From NCBI GenBank assembly GCA_051294905.1, contig CM119384.1:22196001-22260000 (forward strand): a stretch of 64,000 nucleotides of DNA. Direction: 5' to 3'. Each line of letters starts with the position of its first letter. Positions within the stretch are counted from its first letter, which is position 1. The notes beneath the pieces are model-generated. The model was given only the letters and a program-made list of their open reading frames with translations. It did no database searches and was not told the origin of the DNA. Positions 36,395 through 50,128 of this stretch are shown piece by piece. The stretch is from Botryllus schlosseri (lineage: Eukaryota). A program made the position numbers and the translations under genes.

Positions 36395-37010
36395 GGTACT
36401 TGGCGCGTAAGTATAACTAACGGCTATTTGCAGGATCGAGGAACGTACCGGAGCCGCTTGGGCACTAGTTTAACTACCGTAAATAGCAGTAAATACCTGT
36501 AGTACTTGGTGTAACTTTTACCTAGACTGCCTTTTTCTTCCTCCTTTTCATCGTCGTCGGATTTCTACTTCTACTTCGAGTCTCCTTCAGACTCATCCCC
36601 CCTCCCTCCTTGGACCTGACTCGTCTTCGTGAGTCAGGTCTAAAGGAGTCTGTTCCTCCCTCTGCTGGAGCTTGACTCGTCTTAGTGAGTCAACTCTAGT
36701 AGAGTCTTTTCTCTTCAGGTCTTGACTCTCTCTCTCGAGTCAGGACTTGTCGAGTCTTTTCCTTTTCTCCTCTCTCGCACCTCTTCCTTGAGGCGTCGAG
36801 AGACTGTCTGGCTTTCTAACCTTAGGCTAATTATAAACACGCTACGACGTACGATCCTTGAAAACCGAAACTACGGTATCGCTTCTAGCGAAGCGCTTAG
36901 AAACGCCCTTGAAAGCGCTGTAGAACGCTTCTAAAGCGCCGCAAAAACAGGTTATAAAGCAGCAATTAGCCAGCCATAGAGGCGTCTTCAAGCTACAATA
37001 GCCTACCTCT

Positions 37011-38292
37011 ATGGCTACAGGCAATAGAAAACAGCGACCACGCTCGCTAGACGTGGAGATCCCGAGCAACATACAGGGAAGCGAGGTGTTCCAAGCCGTA
37101 CTAGCTTGCGAGCCGCTCAAGCCTCTGCTGAACAAAATAGATTCCATGTACCAGATAGGTTTCGAAACGTTCAATATAACAATAAAGGACACACAGGATG
37201 CGCAAACAACTAAGAACAGCATACTCTCGGCGTGCCAAAATGGCATTCCATCAGCCAGTGGCACACTGAGGGTAAAAGACGCAAGTGAACCTTTAAAAAT
37301 CATCAACATTCGCGCTGTCCCAACAGAAGCGACGGACTCTGAGATAGCGATAGATAATCTTAGCCCTCTACCAGTGCGGCAAAGTTATTAAAGTCGTGAG
37401 AGTCAACCACAGCAAATCGCAATTCCACAGCGGCTACAGAAAAGTACTCATAGCCAACTACGAACCGGGCAGGATCCCGCAATATCTAAAAATACGCGGA
37501 TTCAATTGCAAGGTCTTTCTCCCGCCGGGAGAACAAACGGTTGCAATATGCAACAAATGTCTACAGCGTGGGCACATTGCAAGAGAGTGCGATAACGAAA
37601 TCAAGTGCCTCCACTGTCAGCAAACAGGCCATAAAAGAATGGCTTGCCCGCAACTGATGGAAAGCTACCCCACGATTGCAGAGCAACGCAACATCAACAT
37701 AGTAGAAGCTCAAATACACAACACTCTTGAACAAAGTAACGTACAAATACACGAAGAACATGTACAAATGCATGAAGAGCAAGAAGAAGAAGAAAAAACA
37801 CACGACGGTGATGACAACGACAATGAACACATAATAAACACACCCGAAGAAGAAAACATAGAAGAACAAAACGAGGACATCAGAGAAGGAGAATCCGAAG
37901 GAGAATCCGAAGAACACACTCCAGGTGACCTCCAAATACAGGAGTCACCTGAAAGTGACGGAAATAAAACCTCACGCGCGCCAGGAGACTCAATGTGGGA
38001 AGATATCTCCCAGCACACAATTAAGGATAGCACGCAGATACCCACGCCAACATCGCCACCTTTACAATCAAGGCGAAGGGCTTTGTCGAACACTGTACCA
38101 CACAGAGTAAGCGCAGTCGACCTGAAAAACCTACAAGCGTCTGCTATCAAACAAGTAAGGAGCAACAGCTCGGAGGAAAATCCCGAAGTCCGAATAAACA
38201 AAAACAGGCCAACAGTTCCGCCGAAACCAGCAAGCAAGCTACGCAAGAAAGGCGTGGTGGAACAGGACCTGGTAAACCTCTTTAAATCCTAA
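37011..38292 (+). pseudogene. E1 ORF1, frameshifted
   Basis: RPRSLD, INIRAVP, CNKCLQRGHIAREC, CLHCQQTGHKRMAC. Confidence 0.88.
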
Positions 38293-38299
38293 AATTCGG

Positions 38300-41193
38300 C
38301 GTCCCACCAACATCTATACTATCAATAAACATAAATGGAATGCAGACACACTGGAACAGCTTCCAAACCTACTTAAAGGCAAAAGGAGCCAACATTGTGT
38401 GCATCCAGGAGACTCATAAAATCAAAAAACATCAAATCACGACCTGGGCAGAAAACCAAGGCTACAAGACATTCCTTAATACACTAGACAGAGACGATAA
38501 ATGGACACCAGAAGACGAACAAGGCCCTAAACACTACTACCAGGGAACAGCGATCCTAATACAGGAATCCTGGCTCCCTGACTCTTCAAAAACACAGCAC
38601 GATATCATCATAACGCATCGCGCTCAGCAACTAATCATACACCTGCAGCACGAAGAGACAATAGCAATCACGAATGTGTACGCTCCACCATCGGGCAAAC
38701 ACAAACAGCTAGAATTTTACAAGGAGTTGACGAGTAAACTAGGACATCAAAACGCACCAACATACTCGATTATCCTAGGGGATTTCAACATTGTAACAAA
38801 GGCAATAGACGTTGAGCGCCCAGACGTGTTCACCGAAGTCCCAGCATCAACCGTCTGGAAACAATACATAAAAACAAACAACGTTACAGACACATTTAGG
38901 TGGAACTTCCCAAACACAAAAGTGTACACGTCGAATGCGCCAAAAAACAAAAGGAGAGTCGACCGAATTTATACAGGTAAAAACTTGCTAGGAGACGTGA
39001 AAAACATAGCATACCAGGTAAACCCGATCTCAGACCACACACATTACGTGGAATTGATCCTCAAGCCAAAACACCTAGAAAAATGGGGAAAAGCTAGCTG
39101 GAAAAACAACACAGCACACTTGAACCATCAGGAATACAAAGCTCACATACGAAACGAAATTAAGATGTTCGAACTAGAGAAAGCTTTCTATCCCAATATG
39201 AGACAATGGTGGGACGCCCTAAAAAACAAAATCAGAATAACATCGATCCAGTATGGCATAGAGAAAAAACAAATAGAAACGCAAGAAATAAACCAAAAAA
39301 AGAAACTACTACAGAACCCAAATATAACAAACGAGACGAGAAATAAGCTAATCAGGGAGCTAAAAATCCTGGAGAAGGCAAAAATAGACTTCTTGATGAA
39401 GTCAGAATACAAAAATAACATGGAAGACCAAGAAAAGCCAACAAAACAGTTTTACGATCAAAACAAAAACAAAAAAGCATTACGGAGCTCACCGGCACCA
39501 ACAAAGAGCCATTACGCGGGAAAAACAACATCCTTACTCACGTACATAAATATTACCATAACCTATGGGGCATTGCGCACAACGCCCCCCAAGGGAGCAT
39601 CCAAGATATGGTAAATGAACTTGAAAAAGAAATCCCTCCGGACCAACGATTACAACAAGATCAAATAATAACAGAGGAAGAAATAAAAATTGCGCTACGC
39701 TCCCAAAAAACCTTGCGCTACGCTCCCAAAAAACCTCAACAACACCTGGACCGGATGGACTCTCGCCAGAATTTTACTCCACATTCTTTGAGACCCTTAA
39801 AAACAGTCTCCTAGAAATCTTGAGACCCTTAAAAACAGTCTCCTAGAAATCTATAACAGTGCGCTATGCTTCACAAGCATACCAAAAACGTGGGGTGAAT
39901 CGCACGTAGTACTGATTCCAAAAAAAGGAGACATGCTATGCCTCGATAACTGGCGGCCAATATCGCTCTCGAATTGCGATTACAAAATAATGGCGAAGAT
40001 CATGGCTAAGAGGATCAAGGAATCCATGCCGCATATAGTAGCAACGTCTCAAAAATGCTTGGTCCCGGGACGGCAGATATCTGACGTCCTGAGGAACGTG
40101 GCCACCGCGAAAGAGTTAGCAGAGCGGAGAGGAAAACCTTTGCTCATCACCAACTTCGATCAAAAAAAGGCTTTTGATATGGTGTCCCAAGAAACCCTTT
40201 TCACCATCATGGAACATTTCAAGTTCGGGAAGAAAATCACCGATTTAATAAAGCACCTGTACCAAAATTCATACAGCAGAATCGTAACAGCAGAATCGTA
40301 ATAAACGGCGCGATGACAGAGAAAATTACCATCAAAAGGGGCATCCGACAGGGATGTCCGCTAAGTACATATTTATATGTCTTAGCGGCAGAGCCCCTGG
40401 CGGAAAGGATCCGTAGGAACAAACTTATCACTGGAATCAAATTAGGCAGCAAAACCATAAAAATCGAGCAGTACGCGGATGATATCACAATCCTTAGCAC
40501 TAACTACGAATCCGTAAAACAGACCATACTAGAATTCGAAAAACTAAAACAAACCACTGGACTCGAAAAACTAAAACAAACCACTGGACAAGAACTAAAC
40601 ATAAACAAAACCGAAATCCTTGAAATGAACTCACCGAAAGACGACAACATTTACCAAAACCTGACAAACCTAAGAAACCCTACGATCCAAGTTCTGGGCC
40701 AGCAAATTGGCGAGAACCAAAACCAACTCAATTGGGACAAGGTGATACAGAAAGTAAACCAAACATGTATCAACAACAACAGAAGAAATTTAACGTGGTA
40801 CGGAAAGAAAATTATCATCAATACCATCATAGTCCCAAAGGTTCTCTACCAGGCAAAAACGTGCCCCCCACACGAAAGCACTGTCGCCAAACTGAACAAC
40901 CTTATATGTAAATTCATGTGGTCGCCCGAGAAAATAGAGGTTATCAGACGAAACACAATCATGAGGAGGGGGGCTTCGACCTCCCCCATATCGCCAGCAA
41001 AATACAGGCATGCAGAGCAGAAAAGATCAAAACCATCGCAGCAATGAAGGAGCCAGACCAGTTCTTGCACCACCACGCGTTATACATTCTTGGATCCCAA
41101 ACAAAAAAAATCAACCCGGAACTACAAAACATCAGGGGTCCCAGGAGAGACCTCTTAAATGAGGAGTGGAGAGAGCTATTAGCCACGAAGAAG
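38300..41193 (+). pseudogene. E1 ORF2 (APE-RT), frameshifted and truncated
   Basis: SINING, QETH, NVYAP, GDFN, SDH, NFDQKKAFD, GIRQGCPLS, QYADD. Confidence 0.9.
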
Positions 41194-43665
41194 TTATTAC
41201 CCTGGCGTTGTGTATCACCTTAGAGGCAGCCAGGCTATTTATTATGATTGCTTTTCCGTACCAGGTGAGATTTCTCATCTGGTAGGTTGTTAATACTTTT
41301 TTCACCTGCTCTATCCTTCTGTCCCATGTTTTGCGGATATAGTTCCTGCCAAATATTTGTCCGAGTATTTTTGATGATTCCACTATGTATTTTTTATATT
41401 CTTCAGATCTAATTAGGTTGGGTTTAGTACATATAATTTCGGTTTTTGATTTGTCCCGTTGCTTTTGCGAATTGCTCTAAATTTTTAAAAACTTCTGTTG
41501 CCGAATCTTCATTTGATACTATTGCTGTCAGGTCGTCCGCGTATTGTTGCAATCTAATTTCGTTTTTTCCAATTTTCAGGCCTTTTATGTCTTTGCTGGC
41601 CATGATTTTTCTGGCCAGCGGGTCCGCTGTCATTGCATATAAACACATGCTTAGAGGGGACATCCTTGACGGAGTCCCCTGCCTGTGTCTATGCCATTTG
41701 TCAGTGTACCGTTTATCTGCACTTGGCTATATGAATTATCATATAGTCTTTTTATGCATTTTCTTATTCCCACTGGTATGCCATAGGAATGCAGAATTTT
41801 ATGTAGGTAATTATGGTTGACACGATCGAAAGCTTTTTCTTGGTCTATGGATATTACTATGAGATTTGTGTTCTTTCTGAATGCTTGGTCTAATGCTGCT
41901 TTTATGTTTCTTAAAGCGTCTGCAATTTGCCTATTTTTTACTCCACATTTTTGTGTATTTATGATCAGATTTTCCATTACTTCTTTTAGTCTATTGGATA
42001 TAATTGCTGTTAAAATTTTGTAGTCCAGGTTTAATAGTGTGATGGGTCGCCAATTTTTTAGGTTTTTCGAGTCTCCCTTTTTGTATATTAAAGTTACTAT
42101 CCCCTTATTCCAGCTCTCGCACGTGTCTCCCATATACAGTGCATTATTGTATAGTTCTTCTAGGTGTCCTTTTATGTTCTCCCAGTAGGTGGTATAAAAG
42201 GTTTTGGTCAGCCCGTCGCTACCGGGCGTCTTGTCACTGCTCATTTTCTTTATCGTTTCTCTGATCTCTTCTTGCGTTATGGGTCCTTCAAGTGAAGGCA
42301 TGTCTTCCTCTTTGACCCTAACGTCTTTAATTTGTTCTAAGAAGAGCCTCTGCTCTTCTTCATCTACATCAGGCTGGGCCCTCCATAGCTCTTCATAGAA
42401 CTGTTCGACCCTCTGCTTTATTTGCTTTGGGTCTTTTAGTTCCCTTTCGTTTTTATCCCTTACGCAGTTCATTCTTTGTAGGGATGTTTTCTTCTTTAGC
42501 ATATCGAAAAAAGGTTTCGTTGGTCTCTCGCCAACTTCTCTATCTTTCATCTTCGTTTTTTCTATTGTAAATTCTAATTTCTTCCATTCGTACTTTTCCA
42601 TTCGTACTTTTTCAGTTCACCTTGCAGTTTTATTTTGGCCGTTTGGTCTTGATTGTTCTCCGCTACTTCTATTTTCCGACCTAATTATTTGATTTTTCTT
42701 TTTTCTATCTTCTCTGCTGTTACCTCATACGCTTGTAAGGCTCTTTTTATTTTGCTTTTTATATCATCCCACCATTTCGACAAGTGTGTGTAGTTATGTT
42801 TGTTTCGTGACATAACTTCAATGATCATTTTTATATTTTCTTTCGTTTGTTTGTTTGTTAATACCTCTTTGTTACATTTCCAAATTCCTTTGCCCCATCT
42901 GTTTTGTTTTTGGTTTCCAATTTTTATTTCCATTAAATAGACGTGGTCCGAAATAGGATTGATCTTGTATGTACATTTGGTGATGTCTTTCCTCAGGATG
43001 TCGGTGGCATACGCGTTATCGATGCGTCTTTCCTGGTCTCCCGTTTTCTTGGTGTACAACTTCTTGTGCGGGTGTCTGGATCGGTATATGTCTTGGTACC
43101 CATGAATGTCTGTAAAATTTTTCCAAATGTTTGCGGCCAGTGATCTTTTGAAATTTAGGTTATTCTTAGCGTCCAATTTGTTTGTAATTAGATTAAAGTC
43201 TCCTATCAACAGTGTGCGATTTCCTGTTTTTTTTGTGTTTTCCACTAGATTTTTGTAAAAGTCTGTTGTATGTTTTGAAACTCCCGGTGGCGCATATATA
43301 TTCCAGATTTCCAAATTTTCTTTGTTGTTTTTCTTCAATGTAATTCTCTGTACTCTGTTTTCTATTATAATATCGTTGGTTATGTCGTATTCTTGTTTTA
43401 AAGTTGTTTTTAATATCACAAGGGTACCTTGACAGTAGTTCTTTTTACCTTGATCCTCATCTCGCCAAGTGTCTTTTACGTCTAGACAATTGGCATGCAT
43501 CTCGAAGATGTTACCGGTACACCAATTTTCCAATTTCTCCTTATCTATTTTATGTACTTCTTGGAGGCAAAGCACGTCTATGTTGTATTTATTTGCTAAT
43601 TGAGTTATCTTTTTCCAATGTTTCGTGAACCCGTTTATGTTTAGTGAGGTAATCTGGAGTTCCAT
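41194..43665 (-). pseudogene. B2' ORF2 (APE and RT), truncated
   Basis: MELQITSLNING...QEKAFD...RQGCPL...QYADD. Confidence 0.9.
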
Positions 43666-44572
43666 TTCTATTTCTTGTCCTTAGGATTGGTTACGTTTCT
43701 TTTCTTACTGTTACTTCTCCTCCTCTCAGTAGAGAGTCTTTTCCTCTTATTTTTATTTTGCACTAGAGCAGTGCTTTTCAACCTGTGTGACGGTTCGCAC
43801 TTGTGCGAATGAAAAAAATTGCTGTGCGAATGACGAAGATGGTGCGAATAGTGCGAATGAAAATTCCGATCAAGTGCGAACGACGAAGGCAGTGCGAATG
43901 GTGCGAATGAAAATCCGGATCAAGTGCGAATGAAAATCCGGATTAATTGTTAACTTTTCTGACGTGGAATAATTCAAATGAACCTTATAGGAAATTTAAG
44001 ATCATTGTAACATTTGTAGTTTCGACGCAATTGTAAAAACTTGATACGACGCACAACTAATCGTAGCTCTCACATCGTAGCTCTCACAAGCTGTAGTGAA
44101 TTAATATTCCCGCACTATAATTATTACGTAACAAAAGGTCTGGTTTGGAAGCTGGTGTAGTGGCAGTATAGAGATATCTACAATATCTATAGTGGCAGAC
44201 ATAGAGTATATCAGCCCGCCTGAGCCTGCGACAGGCTGGAAAAATGACGTCAAATTGGCTTTCCTCTTTCTTTCGCTAAATAATCATCATATTTTCGTAA
44301 TACCTGTTCGATTAGCGCGAGGCACGAGGATAGTAGTAAATATCATCATTTCAGATTCACATTTGCAAGTTACTGTAACGAAATGCTTTACCCCTTCAAG
44401 GGTTATTAAAGTATGGACCGCGAAGGGTATAATTTTGAGTCGACACGGTGCCAGAGCTATCTGGTAATATTATGTAATATTTATTGAATTTATTGCAAAA
44501 AATCCTGCGATCGTTTTTACATATCCAAGATCACTGTGTTGGGTACTGTAGCCAATGCGAGATGCGTATTAA

Positions 44573-47500
44573 CACTAGAACTACCGGAACTTCGAACTAC
44601 CTAGAACTACCTTGTGGCCTTTTTGACGCATGTTGAATTTTCTTCGACTAAATGCATTTACCAGAGCGAAAAAATCAGCACAAATCTCAATAAACGGCAT
44701 CAGAAACCATTGTTTATTGCGCTCATAGCTACTTGCAATATGTCACATTATTGCGCTCATAGCTACTTGCAATATGTCACATACACCTTAGGTCATTACT
44801 TATAAAACAAATCGCCGTTTTTTGGTGTAACATATAAGTGTTGCTCTGGTGCGCATTTGGTATTTGAGCACGTTCTTTAAAAATTTAGAGTAGGTTCCAG
44901 ATCCGCTTTAGCCACATCATCATTGTTGGTTATTGCTGACATATCATAAAGCTTATCAGATTAGATTTGCATAATTCAATTTTGCAACCAATCCTCGATT
45001 TGCATATTTTTAGAGTATCGGCATTTTGGCAAGTAGACGATCATTCACATTCTATGAAAACATGCACGGACCATCGTCGACTTGTTGGTACCCTCATAAA
45101 ATACTGTCTTGCAACCTGACCAATAATATCCCCCTGGTTTTGTTTCGTTATAACATTTAACCGTCACTGGTTTCTTGTTTGTGTTGTTTCTGAAGGAGAC
45201 ATTTACCTCAGGTTGCAGTGAAATCAATATATATGTGTACAAATTCGATCTCTACACTGGCATCTCGCCGTTACGCTAATCAACAAGATGATAGCTTTGA
45301 AAAGTGTGGCTACATGAAGCTTCCTGTGTTCCTTCTGGTCCTGGGTAGCTTCAAGCAACTTTTGATAATAGTGTCAACTGGGACTTCGTTTGCTTCTCCA
45401 AGCGTGTACAGTAGGGTTGTCCAAAATTTGGAAAATGTTACAAATCCGCCGTTGTAATGTCTTATTCGATAGATTATTGATAAAAATCGACACTGGGCCT
45501 AAAAGAAACTCACAGGAAAGCCGTTAAGATTTCGTACAAAGCGTTTGAAAGTAGCTGCCGAAGAATGGGCGTGCCACCGACCATAGAACGGCGAGAAGAC
45601 TAGTAATCACGAAACCACGGCTCTGGATTGGCTAATTGGCTATGCTTCAATGACCACGACAGCAGCAGCTTGATGATGAGGTGATCAAGGAGTCTGCTAC
45701 CGGCGGCGATTCTAACTGCGCATTGTATGTAGGTTGACAGATAATGATTTAGGATTGATTCAGGGTATGTTGAGGTACGCAGTAAATGATGTACAGCAAC
45801 AGCTGCTTCACAAAAACGTCCAAAGCATGACTGCTTTATTTTGAAGGAAACCGCCGAAGCCTCTATGCCTTGTTTTCAACGAGGGAAAGCATAGGCGCTT
45901 ATGCAAGTGGCGACGGATTCCTAGTTTCAGAAAGGATCTATCATTATTGAATACAAATAAAAAGTTTGACAATGACACTACTTTGTCTGTGTGTGCTTAT
46001 TGGGCTCAGGTTGTAGTACATAGTTGAAGTTTTGATAGCTCTAAGGATCGGCTGAATTAGCGGGTTAGCTTGGCACTTATCAGATGCTTTTACATCAAAT
46101 TGTATTCACTTGCAAGTGTTGTCAAATTCCTTGATGCTGGTGCAGAAAAGAGGTGTAAAAGTGAGCACATACTATGCCGGATATGATATGCTAAAGACCT
46201 TGATAATCGTGCAGAAAAGGGGTGTAGGGGAAAGCACAGACAATGTTGCATAGTGCATAGTATCCAGCATAGTGTTTATATAATATCAAGCATAGTCCGT
46301 GCTTCCATTTATACCTCGTCTCTGCGGCATCATTAGGGACTTTTTAAAATACTTACAAGTGAATTCAATTTGCTGTAAACATCTGATAAGTGCCAAGCCT
46401 AACCGTCTGATTCAACCGATCCCTAGATCATTCAAAACTTCAACTATGTACTACAACCTGAGCCCATTAAGATCACCCAAATTGAAGTGTCGTTGTTAGG
46501 CTTTATATTTGTATTCAATAATGATACAGCCTTTCTGAAACTAGGACTCCGTCGCCACTTGCATAAGCGCCTATGCTTTCCCTCGTTGAAAACAAGGCAT
46601 ATAGACTACGGCGGTTTCCTACACAATAAAGCAGTCATGCTTTAGACGTTTTTGTGAAGCAGCTGCTGTTTTCACATCATGTATTTCGTATCTCAACATA
46701 CCCTGAATCAATCCTAAATCATTATCTGTCAACCTACATACAATGCGCTTTCAGAATCGCCGCCGGTAGCAGACTCCTTGATCACCTCATCATCAAGCTG
46801 CTGCTGTCGTGGTCATTGAAGCATAGCCAATTAGCCAATCCAGAGCCGTGGTTTCGTGATTACTAGTCTTCTCGCCGTTCTATGGTCGGTGGCACGCCCA
46901 TTCTTGGGCAGCTACTTTCAAACGCTTTGCACGAAATCTTAACGGCCTTCCTGTGAGCTTCTTTCAGGCCCAGTGTCGTTTTTTATCAATAATCTATAGA
47001 ATAAGACATTACAACGGAGGATTTGTAAGATTTTCCAAATTTTGGACAACCCTAGTGTACAGCCACATTCACGTAACATTGTTTCGAGATGGATTACATC
47101 AGACTCTTCACATTACTATGCTTGGATAATGTATAGATTATGGAAGAGGTGTCCTGTCCTATCCTTGCCTAAATATGAGACGCCCTTGTACAGATACTTG
47201 GTAGCAGCAGCGTCCACCATCTGACATTTTACCCCAAATATTTGCTGGCATTTCGACCATGTAATGAACGAAAACAATATTATCTTTATCGAGTCCACAC
47301 CTTTTTTTACTCCTTATGTCAATGGAAAGCTCATGACTTCCATAAACCAGTTCTTCGAGAGGGCCTGACTAAACATAATGCACCCATGCCCTCAGTCCTC
47401 ATATGCATTCAATTCACTAGATTCAGCTCACTCTCCCCCCGAAGATCCATCTCGTAGACCGGAGCAAAGGCCCTTTGCCCGTGTACAACCCTAGTATATT

Positions 47501-47988
47501 AGTATGGACAATACAGATGTCGGCTTGGTCTAATGGTACATTTCAAATTTCATGACCTGTAACACGCTGAGCTTCAGAAATATAATATTACAAAGCTTTG
47601 GTGACTTGGAACGAGGAAGATCCAGGGCCTTCTATTACAAGGGATGTTGTTGCTAACACAGTTAGACCGAGTCGATGTTAACAAAGTTCTGTTGATACAT
47701 ACGGCTTTGCTGCGTTTATCAGATACATAACCACTTTCAAGAATATGAAACTGCGATGCCTGAAGGTAGAAAAAGTGCAATGCGTCAAAAAAGCCACTCG
47801 GTAGTTCTAGGTAGTTCTGTGTATAACTTTTTTATTTGTACTAGATGGGTGATGAAAATCATGGGTGAGGTGGCCTACATAAAATAAATAAAAGTCAAGA
47901 AGTTTCAGCCGAACAGCGTGAGATTTGACTGAATGCCAGCTCTTCAAAAATGAAAATGCGTCAAAAAAGCCACTTGATCGTTCTAGTG
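44573..47988 (-). mobile_element. piggyBac-like element with decayed transposase
   Basis: TTAA TSDs (44569-72, 47989-92); CACTAGAAC termini; minus-strand peptides FGVKCQMVDAAATKYLYKGVSYLGKD and KPVTVKCYNETK resemble piggyBac motifs YGIK...YLGK and KP...YNxTKGGVD. Confidence 0.8.
45409..47057. mobile_element. Non-autonomous TA-TSD (Tc1/mariner-type) element with ~550-bp TIRs
   Basis: 45409-~45965 is the reverse complement of ~46500-47057; termini CAGTAGGG/CCCTAGTG flanked by TA. Confidence 0.82.
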
Positions 47989-50128
47989 TTAAATATGGCT
48001 TTATCATGAAAATTCATGATAAGAATTGTTCGACTGGTTTTTCTGGAAAACGTAGTCGAATACCGTTGGGATGAACTAGTGTAGCGGTGTGCAACGAGCG
48101 ACTTCAGGCCTATGAGACTCGTTCATTTCGAGGCCAACCCCTTCTGCGTCGGGGCACATGAAGACGTAAAGTTTTGACGCACAAACCGCTGATAAAAGGC
48201 GGTGCCAAAAACATGAGCGGCGACAAAACCTCGGTCTGAAAATGACCGATGCTGGATGGCAAAACCTTTCGAGATGAGTTGGATATGCTCCGTTGTCGGC
48301 ACGGAATAGTACCGTTCTTGCAATCTGAGTAGACAGTAGTACAACTGCGATACGCAGAGGAATTTAATTAGCCCTAATTTGAAATCGCGTGTGTCAGACA
48401 TGTTTTGTAGAGCTGTGTTGGGTAGAAATGTGGTGTGAGCGTTCTGTATGTCATACATGCCCGTAAAATCGTAGCATACAACTGTAATATTGAAATATAT
48501 ATTCCTTTTCATGGGTGAGGCTCGGGTCGCGAGATGCCACAAAAACTCAGATTAGTTTTTGTGGCAGTCTAAAAGTTGCTTTACCGTTATTAAACTCTCA
48601 TGCATTCTCAAGCAAGATTGAGCTAAAGAGTAGAATACACAGTATCGTGAGTTGTTTGCTATTCTCATTAACTTGCGAGACAGAAGTTGGAGCAACGTAT
48701 CATCTGGTAGCGAGCTCTAATGTGCATATACTCTCGTTGATCGTTTTGCACCTTATATTCCAAAGACATAAGGCAAAAGCCTCAACACAAACATGTGGGT
48801 TTTTCATCCTTTCGACAAACTGGAGCCTCACGGGACCTTTGAGTCAGCTCTCAAAAACGATTTCTTCCGGAAAGCATTTTTCACTCGCAAAAAATACGCT
48901 GTATTTTGGATAGGAGTGCAGAACAGATTATAAGACCTGGCCATCCAAGCACTAGTACATGTTCTTGTACAAATCTCCAACAACATCGTTTGGCCGAGAA
49001 GGATTTCAGTGAAATAATTGAAAGCAAAACGAGCGAAAAAAGTTGCCTTTTTAATGAGACACTTGATAGCTTAAGCTACATAGTAGCCAATTTTTTGCAC
49101 ATCTGAACAAAACCATTGTTACGTAGGCCTATCTATCTTCATCTTCTTTTTGTATAACGATTTTCGATTAGTTTGGGCGAATGAAATTTATTTTACAAAA
49201 AAAGTGCGAACGGAGCTCAAAAAGGTTGAAAAGCACTGCACTAGAGCAAAGCCATCTTCTTGGTTGCTAGCTCCTTTTCCTTGTGCATCACTATCATCGG
49301 TTTCTCTTTCCTCTTCCGACTCTGAATCGCATGAAGAGGAGGTTAGGTGTTCTGCCACCTCTTCGCTCATTTCGTTTATTACATTTTTGTTGTTTTGTTC
49401 TTTTTCTTGTTCCTCTGATTCGACTTCAGAGGTCGGGTTCTTCTTTGATTCTTTGTTTACTATTTGTTTCTGTGGATTTCCCAATGCTGGAAACTCTTTC
49501 TCAAGCTCCTCACATTGTTCTCTTGTGTGCCCTGTTTTTTCACATTGGCTACAATATGCAAGGTTGCATTGCGTAGCCAGATGTCCTTTTCTATTGCACC
49601 TTGTGCAAGTTTTTTGGGGCTGCGCTCTTTTCTCTATTGTTGGCGTGAATACTTTGCAGCTTGCGCCATCAATGTTGCGTCAACCTTTTTTTTTTTTTTT
49701 TTTTGCGGCTCTCCGGAAGCCCAGACTTTCACAGGGCTTCTCTCATCTGATATAAGCCCTGCTACGGTCTGGGGGTTTTATTGTATGTTATATTCAAATT
49801 AAATAACTCAGTTGAAATTAAATATACCTATTTTTCTTTGTTTTTGTTCGCGATGGCTGATCTCATGTACCTCAGTGCAACCAAATACTCCAATAGCTGC
49901 GTCGGGCTTGAAGCGGCAGTATTTCCATTTGTGTGGGAAAAGCTAACCGCCGGACGCGAGCGGTTGGGGAGTCTTTGGGTTGCCTCCCTCTCCTCCCCAG
50001 GACAAGTTTTTTCTAATTTTTATTTTTGGTTGGCGTTTGGATTGACCAAGGTTTATCTTGGAACCCAACATACCAACCAGAGTTTTTAGTTTTCTTCCTA
50101 TTTTCTTCTTTTGCATGTGTAGCAGACA

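Larger units (their letters stand above)
36395..41193 (+). mobile_element. Tx1-like retrotransposon E1, 3'-truncated at a fusion with inverted B2'
   Basis: GGT start, shared 5' UTR, ORF1 and ORF2 with frameshifts; homology to E2 ends near 41193. Confidence 0.88.
43769..49238. mobile_element. hAT DNA transposon, degenerate, hosting nested elements
   Basis: 16-bp TIR CAGTGCTTTTCAACCT; perfect 8-bp TSD CACTAGAG (43761-68, 49239-46); subterminal GTGCGAA repeats at both ends. Confidence 0.92.
41194..49685 (-). mobile_element. Inverted near-identical copy of B2 (B2'), truncated at both ends and split by an hAT element
   Basis: ORFs 42685..43665, 41651..42601, 41424..41663 and 49188..49484 are almost identical to the B2 translations. 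Confidence 0.92.
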
